A stretch of 64,000 bases of DNA. It comes from Squalus acanthias. Taxonomy: Eukaryota. This document shows positions 12,101 to 24,100 of the stretch, piece by piece; positions within the stretch are counted from its first letter, which is position 1, and every line of letters starts with the position of its first letter. Both the position numbers and the translations under genes were made by a program. The notes below the pieces were generated by a model. That model had not been told where the DNA came from, searched no databases, and saw only the letters and a program-made list of their open reading frames with translations. The stretch is taken from positions 372,001 through 436,000 of the forward strand of contig JASTWF010000335.1 in the NCBI GenBank assembly GCA_030390025.1. The letters are read 5' to 3'.

Positions 12101-15100
12101 GTTAATCTTTCTAACTGCCCTTTATCACACCTCGGCAGAGAGATAATCACGGCAATCAAAGGTGTGGATGGTGTCCAAACAGGTCAGTCAGGAAAACATT
12201 ACACCGACAACGTATGAACGGACACCACGCAACAATTGCCAGGCAGGAGTGTTCCCTCCCAGTCGGGGAACACTTCAGCAGTCCAGGACATTCAGCCTCC
12301 GATCTTCGGGTAAGCGTTCTCCAAGGCGGCCTTCGAGACACACAACAACGCAAAATCGTCGAGCAGAAACTGATAGCCAAGTTGCGCACCCATGAGGACG
12401 GCCTCAACCGGGATCTTGGGTTCATGTCACGCTACATGGAACCCCACCTGACGTAGAGTCATCCAGACTGGAGTCGTCGTTGGCTTGTTCTCTCTACACA
12501 GTTGCGGCCGGACCTGCTGTGATTTCCAGCAAAAAAAGTTTTTTGTTTTCCATACAGACCCCAGTATCTGCCACATTGTCTTTGATGGAATGTTTTCCTG
12601 ACTGACCTGTTTGGACACCATCCACACCTCTGATTGCCGTGATTATCTCTCTGCCGAGGTGTGATAAAGGGCAGTTGGAAAGATTAACTGTAATCATCTG
12701 GCAGTGTTCTCTGACTATATATGCTGTGCCTATATGCATCTCTTCACTTCACCTGACGAAGGAGCAGCGCTCCGAAAGCTTGTGATTTCTAATAAAGCTG
12801 TTGGACTCTAACCTGGTGTTGTGCGACTTCTCACATTTGTCCACACCAGTCCAACACCGGCATCTCCACATCATGACTAATAAATCCAATAGGGAATTCA
12901 GGAGAAACTTCTGGTGAGAACGTGGAACTCACAACCACAGGGAGTGGTTGAGGCAAACAGCATAGATGCATTTAAAGGGATGCTGGATAAACACATGAGG
13001 GAGAAAGGAATAGAAGGATATATTGATGGGGTGAGATGAAGAGGGGTGGGAGGAGGCTCCTGTGGAGCATAAACACTGGCATTGACCTGTTGGGCTGAAC
13101 GGCCTTTTTCTGTGCGGGCAATACTTTGTAATACTTTGTCAATTGCACGCACAGGCTCCAAGTGGAAATAGCAATTGCACAGCCTTGCTTATAACGCCTA
13201 GACTTTTGACACAAGCTCACTGCTACTTACAATCCACCTGGTCGGCTTCCTCTTCAGCTCAACTGTTAAGGATCCTGAAATAATATACTGGAAGAGAAAC
13301 CAGTCAAGAAGGCAAAATGTTAGTGCTGGTTTGGAATTGGTTCGAATTAGCTGCATCAACATAATTTTGCACTTCAAAGTCACCCGAAAACATGCTGGGG
13401 TTAACGTGCAATATTTGTAACACATTTGATCCTCTGTTCACCACCTTTTACAAGGTAGTTCCGCATGAATGCATCAAATGAATGCATTACAAATATAGCA
13501 CGGTAGAACCTCCACCCCTCAATCTGTTGACACCAAATCTGGGGGTGGAGTTTCCGCTCGGTTTCTTCCAGTGCAACTTGCCCGAAATCTGACCGAGCAC
13601 TGCGAAAGATTGAGGAATTTCGAGCGCAAGTTACGTTTGACGCAAATCGAGTTTCCGCGATCTTTGATGCTGGCTGAAAAAAAAATCGCGCTGGTAGCCG
13701 GTCCCGCCCACAAATCTGGCCGCGCCCCCCCGATCGAAATAATCACCAGGGCGAGTTTCCGCTAATTGCGGCCCTTTGCGGGCCTTCGAGGAGGCTCTTA
13801 AACTTAAGTTGATTCCTTTTAGGCGCGACATTAAATAAATTGAAAACGGAGATAGACAGTTTCATAGAACATAGAACATAGAACAGTACAGCACAGTACA
13901 GGCCCTTCGGCCCTCGATGTTGTGCCGAGCATTGTCCGAAACCAAGATCAAGCTATCCCACTCCCTATCATTCTGGTGTGCTCCATGTGCTTATCCAATA
14001 ACCGCTTGAAAGTTCCTAAAGTGTCCGACTCCACTATCACAGCAGGCAGTCCATTCCACACCCCAACCACTCTCTGAGTAAAGAATCTACCTCGGACATC
14101 CCTTCTATATCTCCCCCCATGCACCTTATAGTTATGCCCCCTTGTAACAGCTACCTCCACCCGAGGAAATAGTCTCTGAACATCCACTCTATCTATCCCC
14201 CTCATCATCTTATAAACCTCTATTAAGTCGCCTCTCATCCTCCTCCGCCCTAAAGAGAAAAGCCCCAACTCCCTCAATCTTTCCTCATAAGACCTCCCCC
14301 CCAAACCAGGCAGCATCCTGGTAAATCTCCTTTGCACTCTTTCCAATGCTTCTACGTCCTTCCTATAGTGAGGTGACCAGAACTGCACACAATATTCCAA
14401 ATGTGGTCTCACCAAGGTCCTGTACAGTTGTAGCATAACCTCACGGTTCTTAAACTCAAACCCCTTGTTAATAAACGCTAACACACTATAGGCCTTCTTT
14501 ACTGCTCTATCCACTTGAGTGGCAACCTTCAGAGATCTGTGGATATGAACCCCCAGATCCCTCTGCTCCTCCACGTTCCTCAGAACCCTGCCGTTGACCC
14601 TGTAATCCTTATTCAAATTTGCCCTACCAAAATGAATCACCTCGCACTTATCAGGGTTAAATTCCATCTGCCATTTTTCGGCCCAGCTCTGCTTCCTATC
14701 AATGTCTCTTTGCAGCCTACAACAGCCCTTCACCTCATCCACTACTCCACCAATCTTGGTGTCATCAGCAAATTTACTGATCCACCCTTCAGTCCCCTCC
14801 TCCAAGTCATTGATAAAAATCACAAACAGCAGAGGACCCAGCACCGACCCCTGTGGCACACCGCTGGTAACTGGTCTCCAGTCCGAAAATTTTCCATCCA
14901 CCACCACCCTCTGCCTTCTATGAGATAGCCAGTTACTTATCCAATCGGCCAAATTTCCCTCTATCCCACAACTCCTTACTTTCTTCATGAGCCGACCATG
15001 GGGAACCTTATCAAACGCCTTACTAAAATCCATGTATACGACATCAACTGCTCTACCTTCATCTACACACTTAGTTACCTCCTCAAAGAATTCAATCAAA

Positions 15101-18100
15101 TTTGTTAGGCAAGACTTACCCTTCACGAATCCGTGTTGACTATCCCTGATTAAGTTGCCTCTTTCCAAATGGTCATAAATCCTATCCCTCAGGACCTTTT
15201 CCATTATCTTACCAACCACCGAAGTAAGACTAACCGGCCTATAATTGCCAGGGTCATTCCTATTTCCTTTCTTGAAGAGAGGAACAACATTCGCCACTCT
15301 CCAGTCCTCTGGCACCATCCCCGTGGACAGTGAGGACCCAAAGATCAAAGCCAAAGGCTCCGCAATCTCCTCCCTTGCCTCCCAAAGAATCCTAGGATAT
15401 ATCCCATCTGGCCCAGGGGACTTATCGACCCTCAGGTTCTTCAAAATTGCTAAAACATCTTCCCTCAGAACTTCCTAGCTGATAAAGGAATTAAGGGTTA
15501 TGGGGAGCAGGCAGGGAAGTGGATGTGAGTCTAGGTTCGGATCAGCCATGATCCTATTGAATGGCGGAGCAGGCCCAAAGGGTCGTATGGCCCACTCCTG
15601 CTCCTACTTCTTATGTTCTTATGTTCGAAGAGCACCAATAGGCACCTTTTAAAAGTTTTTAATTATTAAACAATATTAATGTAACGAGCAAATGGTTCTG
15701 TATAGTTTTTTTTAAAGTCATTTTCAGTTATTTAAAATCGGGTTACTCACAGGTGGTGGACCTTTTTGGTGATAAACCCATTAATCAAACTACACCGGGT
15801 TACCACGCTTAAATGCATCAAGGAATATTTTTTAATGCAAGAAAAAATAAAGAAACAATTATGTTCTAAAACGCTGCCTGATTGCACTGGTTCGGGGAGG
15901 ATTTTATGCTCGGTGATTTTATGCAAATGGGCAAAAAATTCCATTTGGAAAACTGCCACAATTTTGAGTGCAATTTGCGCCCGGATTACCAGTTGCGGCT
16001 AAAGCAGAATCTCTACCCCCTGCTATCAATCCGGCCATGGCAGGAGCGCCCTGTCCCTGTGAAAGCTTCTAAGGACGGTGAGCGAAAGGAGTTCAAATGG
16101 AGCTTCCCTGATAGCTGAGCAGCTAAGTATGCTGTACGTTGTGGAATGAATTTTATTGACTGGCCAGAAGACGGGATTGATTCACTGAGCTCTGCTGAGG
16201 AGGGACCGTATAACTGGCCTCAGCGTTCCTGGATTAGGGAAGGCCACGGCGGCAGTGTGCACCATCAAGTTGCACTGCGGCAACTCGCCAAGGCTTCTTT
16301 GACAGCATCTCCCAAACCCGTGAGCTCTACCATCTAGAAGGACAAGGGCAGCAAGAGCAATGGGAACACCACCAACTCCAAGCTCCCCACCAAGTCACAC
16401 ACCATCCTGACTTGGAAATATCTCGGCCGTTCCTTCATCGTCGCTGGGTCAAAATCCCGGAACTCCCTCCCTAACAGCGCTGTGGGAGTACCTTCGCCAC
16501 ACGGACTGCAGCGGTTCAAGAACATAAGAACATAAGAAATAGGAGCAGGAGTAGGCCAATCGGCCCCTCGAGCCTGCTCCGCCATTCAATGAGATCATGG
16601 CTGATCTGATCCTCACCTCAAATCTAAAGAATACAAGAAGTAGGAGCAGGACCCGGCCACTCAGCCCCTGGGCCCGCTCCGCCACCCACAGGGCCCTGAC
16701 CGATCCGAACTCAGCCTCATGTCCAATTTCCAGCCCACTCCCCGTAACCCCTAATTCCCTTTACTTCTAGGAAACTATCTATTTCTGTTTTAAATTTATT
16801 TAATGATGTAGCTTCCACAGCTTCCTGGGGCAGGAAATTCCACAGACCCACTACCCTCTGAGTGAAGAAGTTTCTCCTCATCTCAGGTTTGAAAGAGCAG
16901 CCCCTTATTCTAAGATTATGCCCCCTAGTTCTAGTTTCACCCATCCTTGGGAACATCCTTACCGCATCCACCCGATCAAGCCCCTTCACAATCTTACATG
17001 TTTCAATAAGATCGCCTCTCATTCTTCTGAACTCCAATGAGTAGAGTCCCAATCTACACAACCTCTCCTCGTATGTCCACCCCCTCATCCCCGGGATTAA
17101 CCGACTGAACCTTCTCAAGGGCAACTAGGGATGGGCAATAAATGCCGGCCTTGCCAGTGATGCCCACATCCTGTGAATGAATATAAAAAATCAGCCAGGG
17201 ATCCTGCTCCTGATCACACTATCCAGTGATCTCTGCTGGAAAGTGCGTGTGTTTGGACCTCGGGTGAGGACAGGATTGAGTTCGGCTTGTGATATCTTCC
17301 GCAGTCAACTACTCAACGTCTAGGGTCATCCTAAGGTCACCAGCATCCATGGACCCCAGTGATTCTGATTAGATAAAGGGGGTGAAATTGGCCTTGGGCA
17401 GGAGGGGGTGACGCAAAACTGGCGGTATTGCATCGGTCACCCATGACACGCTCCGCCTGATACTGAGCTCCGCTGATTTCAAGAAAACTGAATATCAGGC
17501 CGTGTCCTATAATGGGTGGCAATTGCGATTCCGCCTGCTTCTCGTTCCGCCCACCCCCCCCCCGCCCATGTCCAACTTCATCCCCGAAATCTTCCCAGAT
17601 GCGTTTGCAATGTCGCTGCGTGCAGCGACCAGAGGGATTCAGCCCCACTGACGTGAGGGACCTTAAACAGTTTTGACAGATTGACAGGACGCAAGGACTT
17701 TATACCGAAATGACCCCTGGTGCGGGAAACATTTCTTTCTGCGGGCCACGATGAGTATAAAACTGGCGCAGGATGCTCGAGCATTACCGGAGCAGCTTTT
17801 GCACAACTGCGGCCAAATCGTCTTGGTAACAGAAAGGGGAGTTGACACACTGGGGTATATAGAACATAAGAACATAAGAAGTAGGAGCGGGAGTGGGCCA
17901 TACGACCCTCGGGCCTGCTCCGCCATTCAATAGGATCATGGCTGATCCGAACCTAGACTCACGTCCACTTCCCTGCCCGCTCCCCATAACCCTTAATTCC
18001 CTTATCAGCTAGGAAACTGTCTATCTCCGTTTTAAATTTATTTAATGTCGCAGCTTCCACAGCTCTCTGAGGTAGCAAATAGATTTCCATAGATTTACTA

Positions 18101-21100
18101 CCCTCTGAGTGAAGAAGTTTCTCCTCATCTCAGTTTTGAAACGGCAGCCCCTTATTCTAAGATTATGCCCCCTAGTTCTAGTCTCACCCATCAGTGGAAA
18201 CATCCTCCCCGCCTCCACCCGATCGAGCCCCCTCACAATCTTATATGTTTCGATAAGATTGCCTCTCATTCTTCTGTATTCCAATGAGTAGAGGCCCAAC
18301 CTACTCAACCTTTCCTCATAAGTCAACCCCCTCATCTCCAGAATCAACCGAGTGAACCTTCTCTGAACTGTAGGTTTCAGACAGGAGTGCGCACGGTCAG
18401 AATTCGGGCTCGGAGGTCAGCCTGCCTCGGGTCACCTTCCAGCCACCCAGTGGTCGCTGAGCTTTGCGCCCAAATTCCTGCTGTGCAATCTCGCTTTGCA
18501 AGGCTCTGCAACAAACAGGAACAGGAGAAGGCCATTCTGCCACATTCAATGTAGCTGGTCTGTATCCTAACTCCATCCCAGTCGCCTTTGGCTCCATATC
18601 CCTTTGTAACTAGTGATCTCAGATTTAACCTTATCCATTGAGGTGGCAGCTACTGTTTTTTTGTGGGTGAGGGTTCCACACTTCTACCACCCTTTACGTG
18701 AAGAAGTGCTTGCTAATTCCTAGTTTGGTAAAAATCTACCCAATTTCTTTAGGGGCTCTCTCCGGGGGTTTCGATTAGCTCGCTCTGTAAGGGTCCTCGG
18801 GACTTTCTGTGTGGTGCTGTCACAATGGACGTCGCTGCCTTCAACAAACATAGAAACATAGAAGATAGGAGCAGGAGCAGGCCATTCGGCCCCTCGAGCC
18901 TGCTCCGCCATTCGATGAGATCATGGCTGATCATCCAAACTCAGTACCCTGTCCCTGCTTTCTCCCCATATCCCTTGATACCTTTAGCTTTAAGAAATAT
19001 ATCTAACTCATTCTTGAATATATTTAATGACTTGGCCTCAACTACCTTCTGTGGTAGAGAATTCCACAGGTTCACCACTGTCTGGGTGAAGAAATTCCTC
19101 CTCATCTCAGTCCTAAATGGCTTACCCCTTATCCTTAGACTGTGACCCCTGGTTCTGGACTCTCCGACCATCGGGAACAGCCTTCCTGCATCTAGTCTGT
19201 CTAGTCCTGTTAGAATTTTATATGTTTCGATGAGATCCCCTCTCATTCTTCTATACTCCAGCGAGTATAAGCCCAATCTACTCAATCTCTCCTCATACGT
19301 CATTCCTGCCATCCCAGGTATCAGTCTGGTGAATCTTCGCTGAACTCCTTCCATGGCAAGAACATCCTTCCTCAGATAAGGCGACCAAAACTGCACACAG
19401 TACTCAAGGTGTGGTCTCACCAAGGCCCTGTACAACTGCAGCAGGACATCCCTGTTCCTATATGCAAACCCTTTCGCTATGAAGGCCAACATACCATTTG
19501 CCTTCTTCACCGCCTGCTGCACCTGCATGCTTACCTTCAGCGACTGGTGCACAAGGACACCCAGGTCTCATTGCACTTCCCCTTCTCCCAATCTATTGCC
19601 ATTCAGATAATAGTCTGCCTTTCTGTTTTTGACACCAAAGTGGATAACCTCGCATTTATCCACGTTATATTGCATCTGCCACGCTTCTGCCCACTCACCC
19701 AACCTGTCCAAATCATCCTGGAGTTTCTCAGTATCCTCCTCGCAGCACACACGCCCACCCAGCTTTGTGTCATCTGCAAACTTGGAGATATTACATTTAG
19801 TTCCCTTATCTAGATCATTAATGTATATTGTGAATAGCTGGGTTCCAAGGACCGAACCCTGCGGTACCCCACTAGTCACTGCCTGCCACTCGGAAAAAGA
19901 CCCATTAATTCCTACTCTCTGCTTTCTGTCCGCCAACCAGTTCTCTGTCCAAGTCAATACCTTGCCCCCAATCCCATGTGCCTTAACTTTACACGCTAAT
20001 CTCTTATGCGGGACCTTATCGAAAGCCTTTTGAAAGTCCAAATACACCACATCTACTGGTTCTCCCTTATCTATTTTCCCAGTTACATCCTCAAAACAAG
20101 ACCACCGCGGTTTGACCAGGAGGTCAAGGGACAAACTGACCCAAATTCCGGTCCAGAAAGAGACTCCGGATTTTCCCGCTACTGAATAGATCAGAGACAC
20201 GGAGAGAGGGACGCCGAAGACAAGCTGCATAATGCCAACCAATATCTGCGTGGCCTGGAGGGAAGGGAAGGATGCAAAACAGAAAAAGGATCATTTTCCA
20301 AGGCAAAGATAAAGCGAGTAACAACTGAAAGGTTAGAGATATTTGGAGGAAACCTCAACAGATGATTGTAAGTCAGTATAAACTGCTACCTTGCTCTACT
20401 GTTCACTGGGAGTAAGATTGGTCTAAAATATGGAGACCAGAACTGTGTACAGTTCTCCAAGTGTGACATGGAGACCAGAACTGTGCACAGTACTCCAAGT
20501 GTGATGTGGAGACCAGAACTGTGCACAGTAACTCCAAGTGTGATGTGGAGACCAGAACTGTGCACAGTAACTCCAAGTGTGATATGGAGACTAGAACTGT
20601 GCACAGTTCTCCAAGTGTGATATGGAGACCAGAACTGTGCACAGTACTCCAAGTGTGATGTGGAGACCAGAACTGTGCACAGTAACTCCAAGTGTGATGT
20701 GGAGACCAGAACTGTGCACAGTAACTCCAAGTGTGATATGGAGACTAGAACTGTGCACAGTAACTCCAAGTGTGATATGGAGACCAGAACTGTGCACAGT
20801 AACTCCAAGTGTGATATGGAGACCAGAACTGTACACAGTAACTCCAAGTGTGATATGGAGACCAGAACTGTGCACAGTAACTCCCAGTGTGATATGGAGA
20901 CTAGAACTGTGCACAGTAACTCCAAGTGTGATATGGAGACCAGAACTGTGCACAGTAACTCCAACTGTGATATGGAGACCAGAACTGTACACAGTAACTC
21001 CAAGTGTGATATGGAGACCAGAACTGTGCACAGTAACTCCAAGTGTGATATGGAGACCAGAACTGTGCACAGTGCTCCAAGTGTGATATGGAGACACGGT

Positions 21101-24100
21101 GGCATAGTGGTTAGCACTGTTGCCTCACAGCGCCAGGGACCCGGGTTCGAATCCAGCCAAGGGTGACTGTCTGTGTGGAGTTTGCACATTCTCCCCGTGT
21201 CTGCGTGGGTTTCCTCCGGGTGCTCCGGTTTCCTCCCACAGTCCAAAGATGTGTGGGTTAGGTTGATTTGGCTATGATAAATTGACCCTTAGTGTTAGGG
21301 GGATTAAATACGTGGGGTTACGGGGCTAGGGTGGGATATGTGTCGGTGCAGGCTCGATGGGCCGAAATGGCCTCTATCTGCACTGTGGGCATTCTGTGAT
21401 TCTGAGACCAGAACTGTGCTCAGTAACTCCAAGTGTGATATGGATACCAGAACGGTGCACAGTGCTCCAAGTGTGATATGGAGACCAGAACTGTGCACAG
21501 TAACTCCAAGAGTGGTCATATAAGTCACATGGTTAGCAAGGACCAATCAGCTCCAAGAGTCACTTGGTGCCACAAAAACAGAAGGAAGACAATTTAAACT
21601 TCCACAAACTGAACTTTTGAGAAAGTTAAAATAAATCAAAACCGGTCGATATAAATGTAAACAATGAAAAATTCAACATCTTAACTGAAATTTGAACTAT
21701 GTTGAAGATGAAGGCCTGGTCAAGACCCTGGGACTCAATTTATGAGCTAGCCCAGGGAGAGGCATCAGCTGCTTAGATCTACCCATTTAAACAAAAAACC
21801 TCTGCCTATGAGCAATGCCATGAGACTGGAATATGAAATGAGTAGGAGGCACCCACCCACTTTTATCCCAGGCATAACCAGGGTTCAGAATGTCTCGCAG
21901 TCCCCCTTAACGTATAAAATTCTGGGAACGAGCGGTTCTTTCATGAACCCTCGTGATGCTCGCATTGTGAACAGAGAAAGGGGCGGCTGCACACCAAGTA
22001 CTGCCATTATGTCAAACTTATGAAAGAAAAGTGTTTTTGATGTTTACTCCCAAAGCTTTCAGTTCTCTCCTCAGAATCCACAGCTCAGATGAGGCTGCAG
22101 ATGTAGTGGAGGTGACCTGGACCGCCACAGGGACTGTTGTCGGTTCGTATGATACGTGGTGAGCTTTGTTGTCCACTTCTCTCCTTTCATCCGGATTGGA
22201 GACAGACGGTTCCTGCGGAGAGAACAAGATCAGTCATCTTTCCGTTGGGATTTTTGTCAGTCTTGATAAGAGAAAGCAGTTGGCATGTTAGCATTTACGA
22301 ACATAAGAAATAGGAGCAGGAGTAGGCCACACTTGGACGTAAAGCATGGCTGATTATCTACCTCAACTCCACTTTCCCGCCCTATTTCCATATCCCTCGA
22401 TTCCCTCAGTGTCCAAACATCTCTCGCTCTCAGCCTTGAAGGATGTTCTTGCCATGGAAGGAGTTCAGCGAAGATTCACAAGGCTGATACCTGGGATGGC
22501 AGGAATGACATATGAGGAGAGATTGGGTCGATTGGGCTTATACTCACTGGAGTTTAGAAGAATGAGAGGGGATCTCATCGAAACATATAAAATTCTAACA
22601 GGACTGGACAGACTAGATGCAGAGTCCAGAACCAGGGGTCATAATCTAAGGATAAGGGGTAAGCCATTTAGGACAGAAATGAGGAAGAATTTCTTCACCC
22701 AGAGAGTGGTGAACCTGTGGAATTCTCTACCACACAAGGCAGTTGAGGCCAAGTCATTAAATATATTCAAGAATGAGTTAGATATATTTCATAAAGCTAA
22801 AGGTATCAAGGGATATGGGGAGAAAGCAGGTACAGGGTACTGAGTTTAGATGATCAGCCATGATCTCATCGAATGGCGGAGCAGGCTCGAGGGGCCGAAT
22901 GGCCTACTCCTGCTCCTATCTTCTATGTTTCTATGAATATACTCAACGACTGAGCATCCACAGCCCTCTGGGGGAGAGAATGCCAAAGGTTCACAACCCT
23001 CTGAGTGAAGAATTTTCTCATCTCAGTCCTAAATGGCCGACCCCTTAGCCTGAGACTGTGACCCCTTGTTCCAGACTTCCCAGCCAGGGGAAAACAGCCT
23101 CTCAGCATCTACTCTGTCAAGCCCTTTAAGAATTTTAGACATTTCAATGAGATCGCCTCTCATTCTTCTAAACTCCAGGGAATATAGGCCCGTTCTACTC
23201 GATCACATGGCTAGCTTCAAGCATTTCTATCTGGTGTGGTTGGTTCTGTGCATTTTGAGGTCAAGGAGGCCGCTGTACATGGTAGCATTGAGTTGGCGAT
23301 TCTCAGCACAGTACTATATCTGACCATACCTGACTAATACAGGGGCAGATGGGTGGATTTAATAGATAATGACCTCAACATGAGTCACGGGACTGCCAGG
23401 GTCTACAAGATCCCAGCATCAGTCCACTGACCAAGCCTGACCCCACTGACTTATCGGGCTGGATTTTCAATGACCCGTGGAGTCGGGTTTGGAGGCGTGT
23501 GGGGGGTTAAAGTTGCAGATTCGGGGGTCCCGACCCCATCCCGACTCCATTCCGCCTCCACGCAATTTTGACAAAATCGGTTGCGGGGTTCCCGACTCCG
23601 TCCCGCCTCCAAGAGGCGGGAGAGGCCATTAAAGCCCTTAACAAGCCCTAAATTGGCTCTGTAATGCCATTTCGAAACGTTTTAGCTAGTTTAACCCTTT
23701 TCCAACGTGAATTACGCCTGATGTGAAACACGCCAGTGAAACCTGCCGGGAGCACAAGTGGATAGCTGACTATCAGCTGCAGGTCCACTATTACAACGGA
23801 GATGTGATGAAGGTAGTAGTAGTATTAGGTCTGAAAGTCGCCTCTGATGCTGCTGCATTGAATGTCTTCAGAGACTGCCTGGGAGGACTTGGTTGGAAAA
23901 AAAATTCTCTCTCACTCTCTCTCTCTCTGCGATGCTGCTCATTTTGCATCCAGGTCCTCTCACAGCAAAGGCCAGGCAATCTCTGAGACCAGGCAGTCTC
24001 TGACCTGCAATGATGACATCATCAGAGGCGACTTTCAGACTGAAACCACTAATTGGGTCATGGGTTCCCACATGCTGGAACTCAATTGCCCAATTAGGTG

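Noticed and set aside
19568..20242. 224-aa ORF that appears to fuse a TM segment to reverse transcriptase
   Set aside because: Chance read-through from MS4A exon 4 across its donor (20140) into a truncated CR1; the RT has a stop at 19568
21094..21170. tRNA gene
   Set aside because: The A and B boxes belong to a SINE head followed by a V-core and a LINE-type tail
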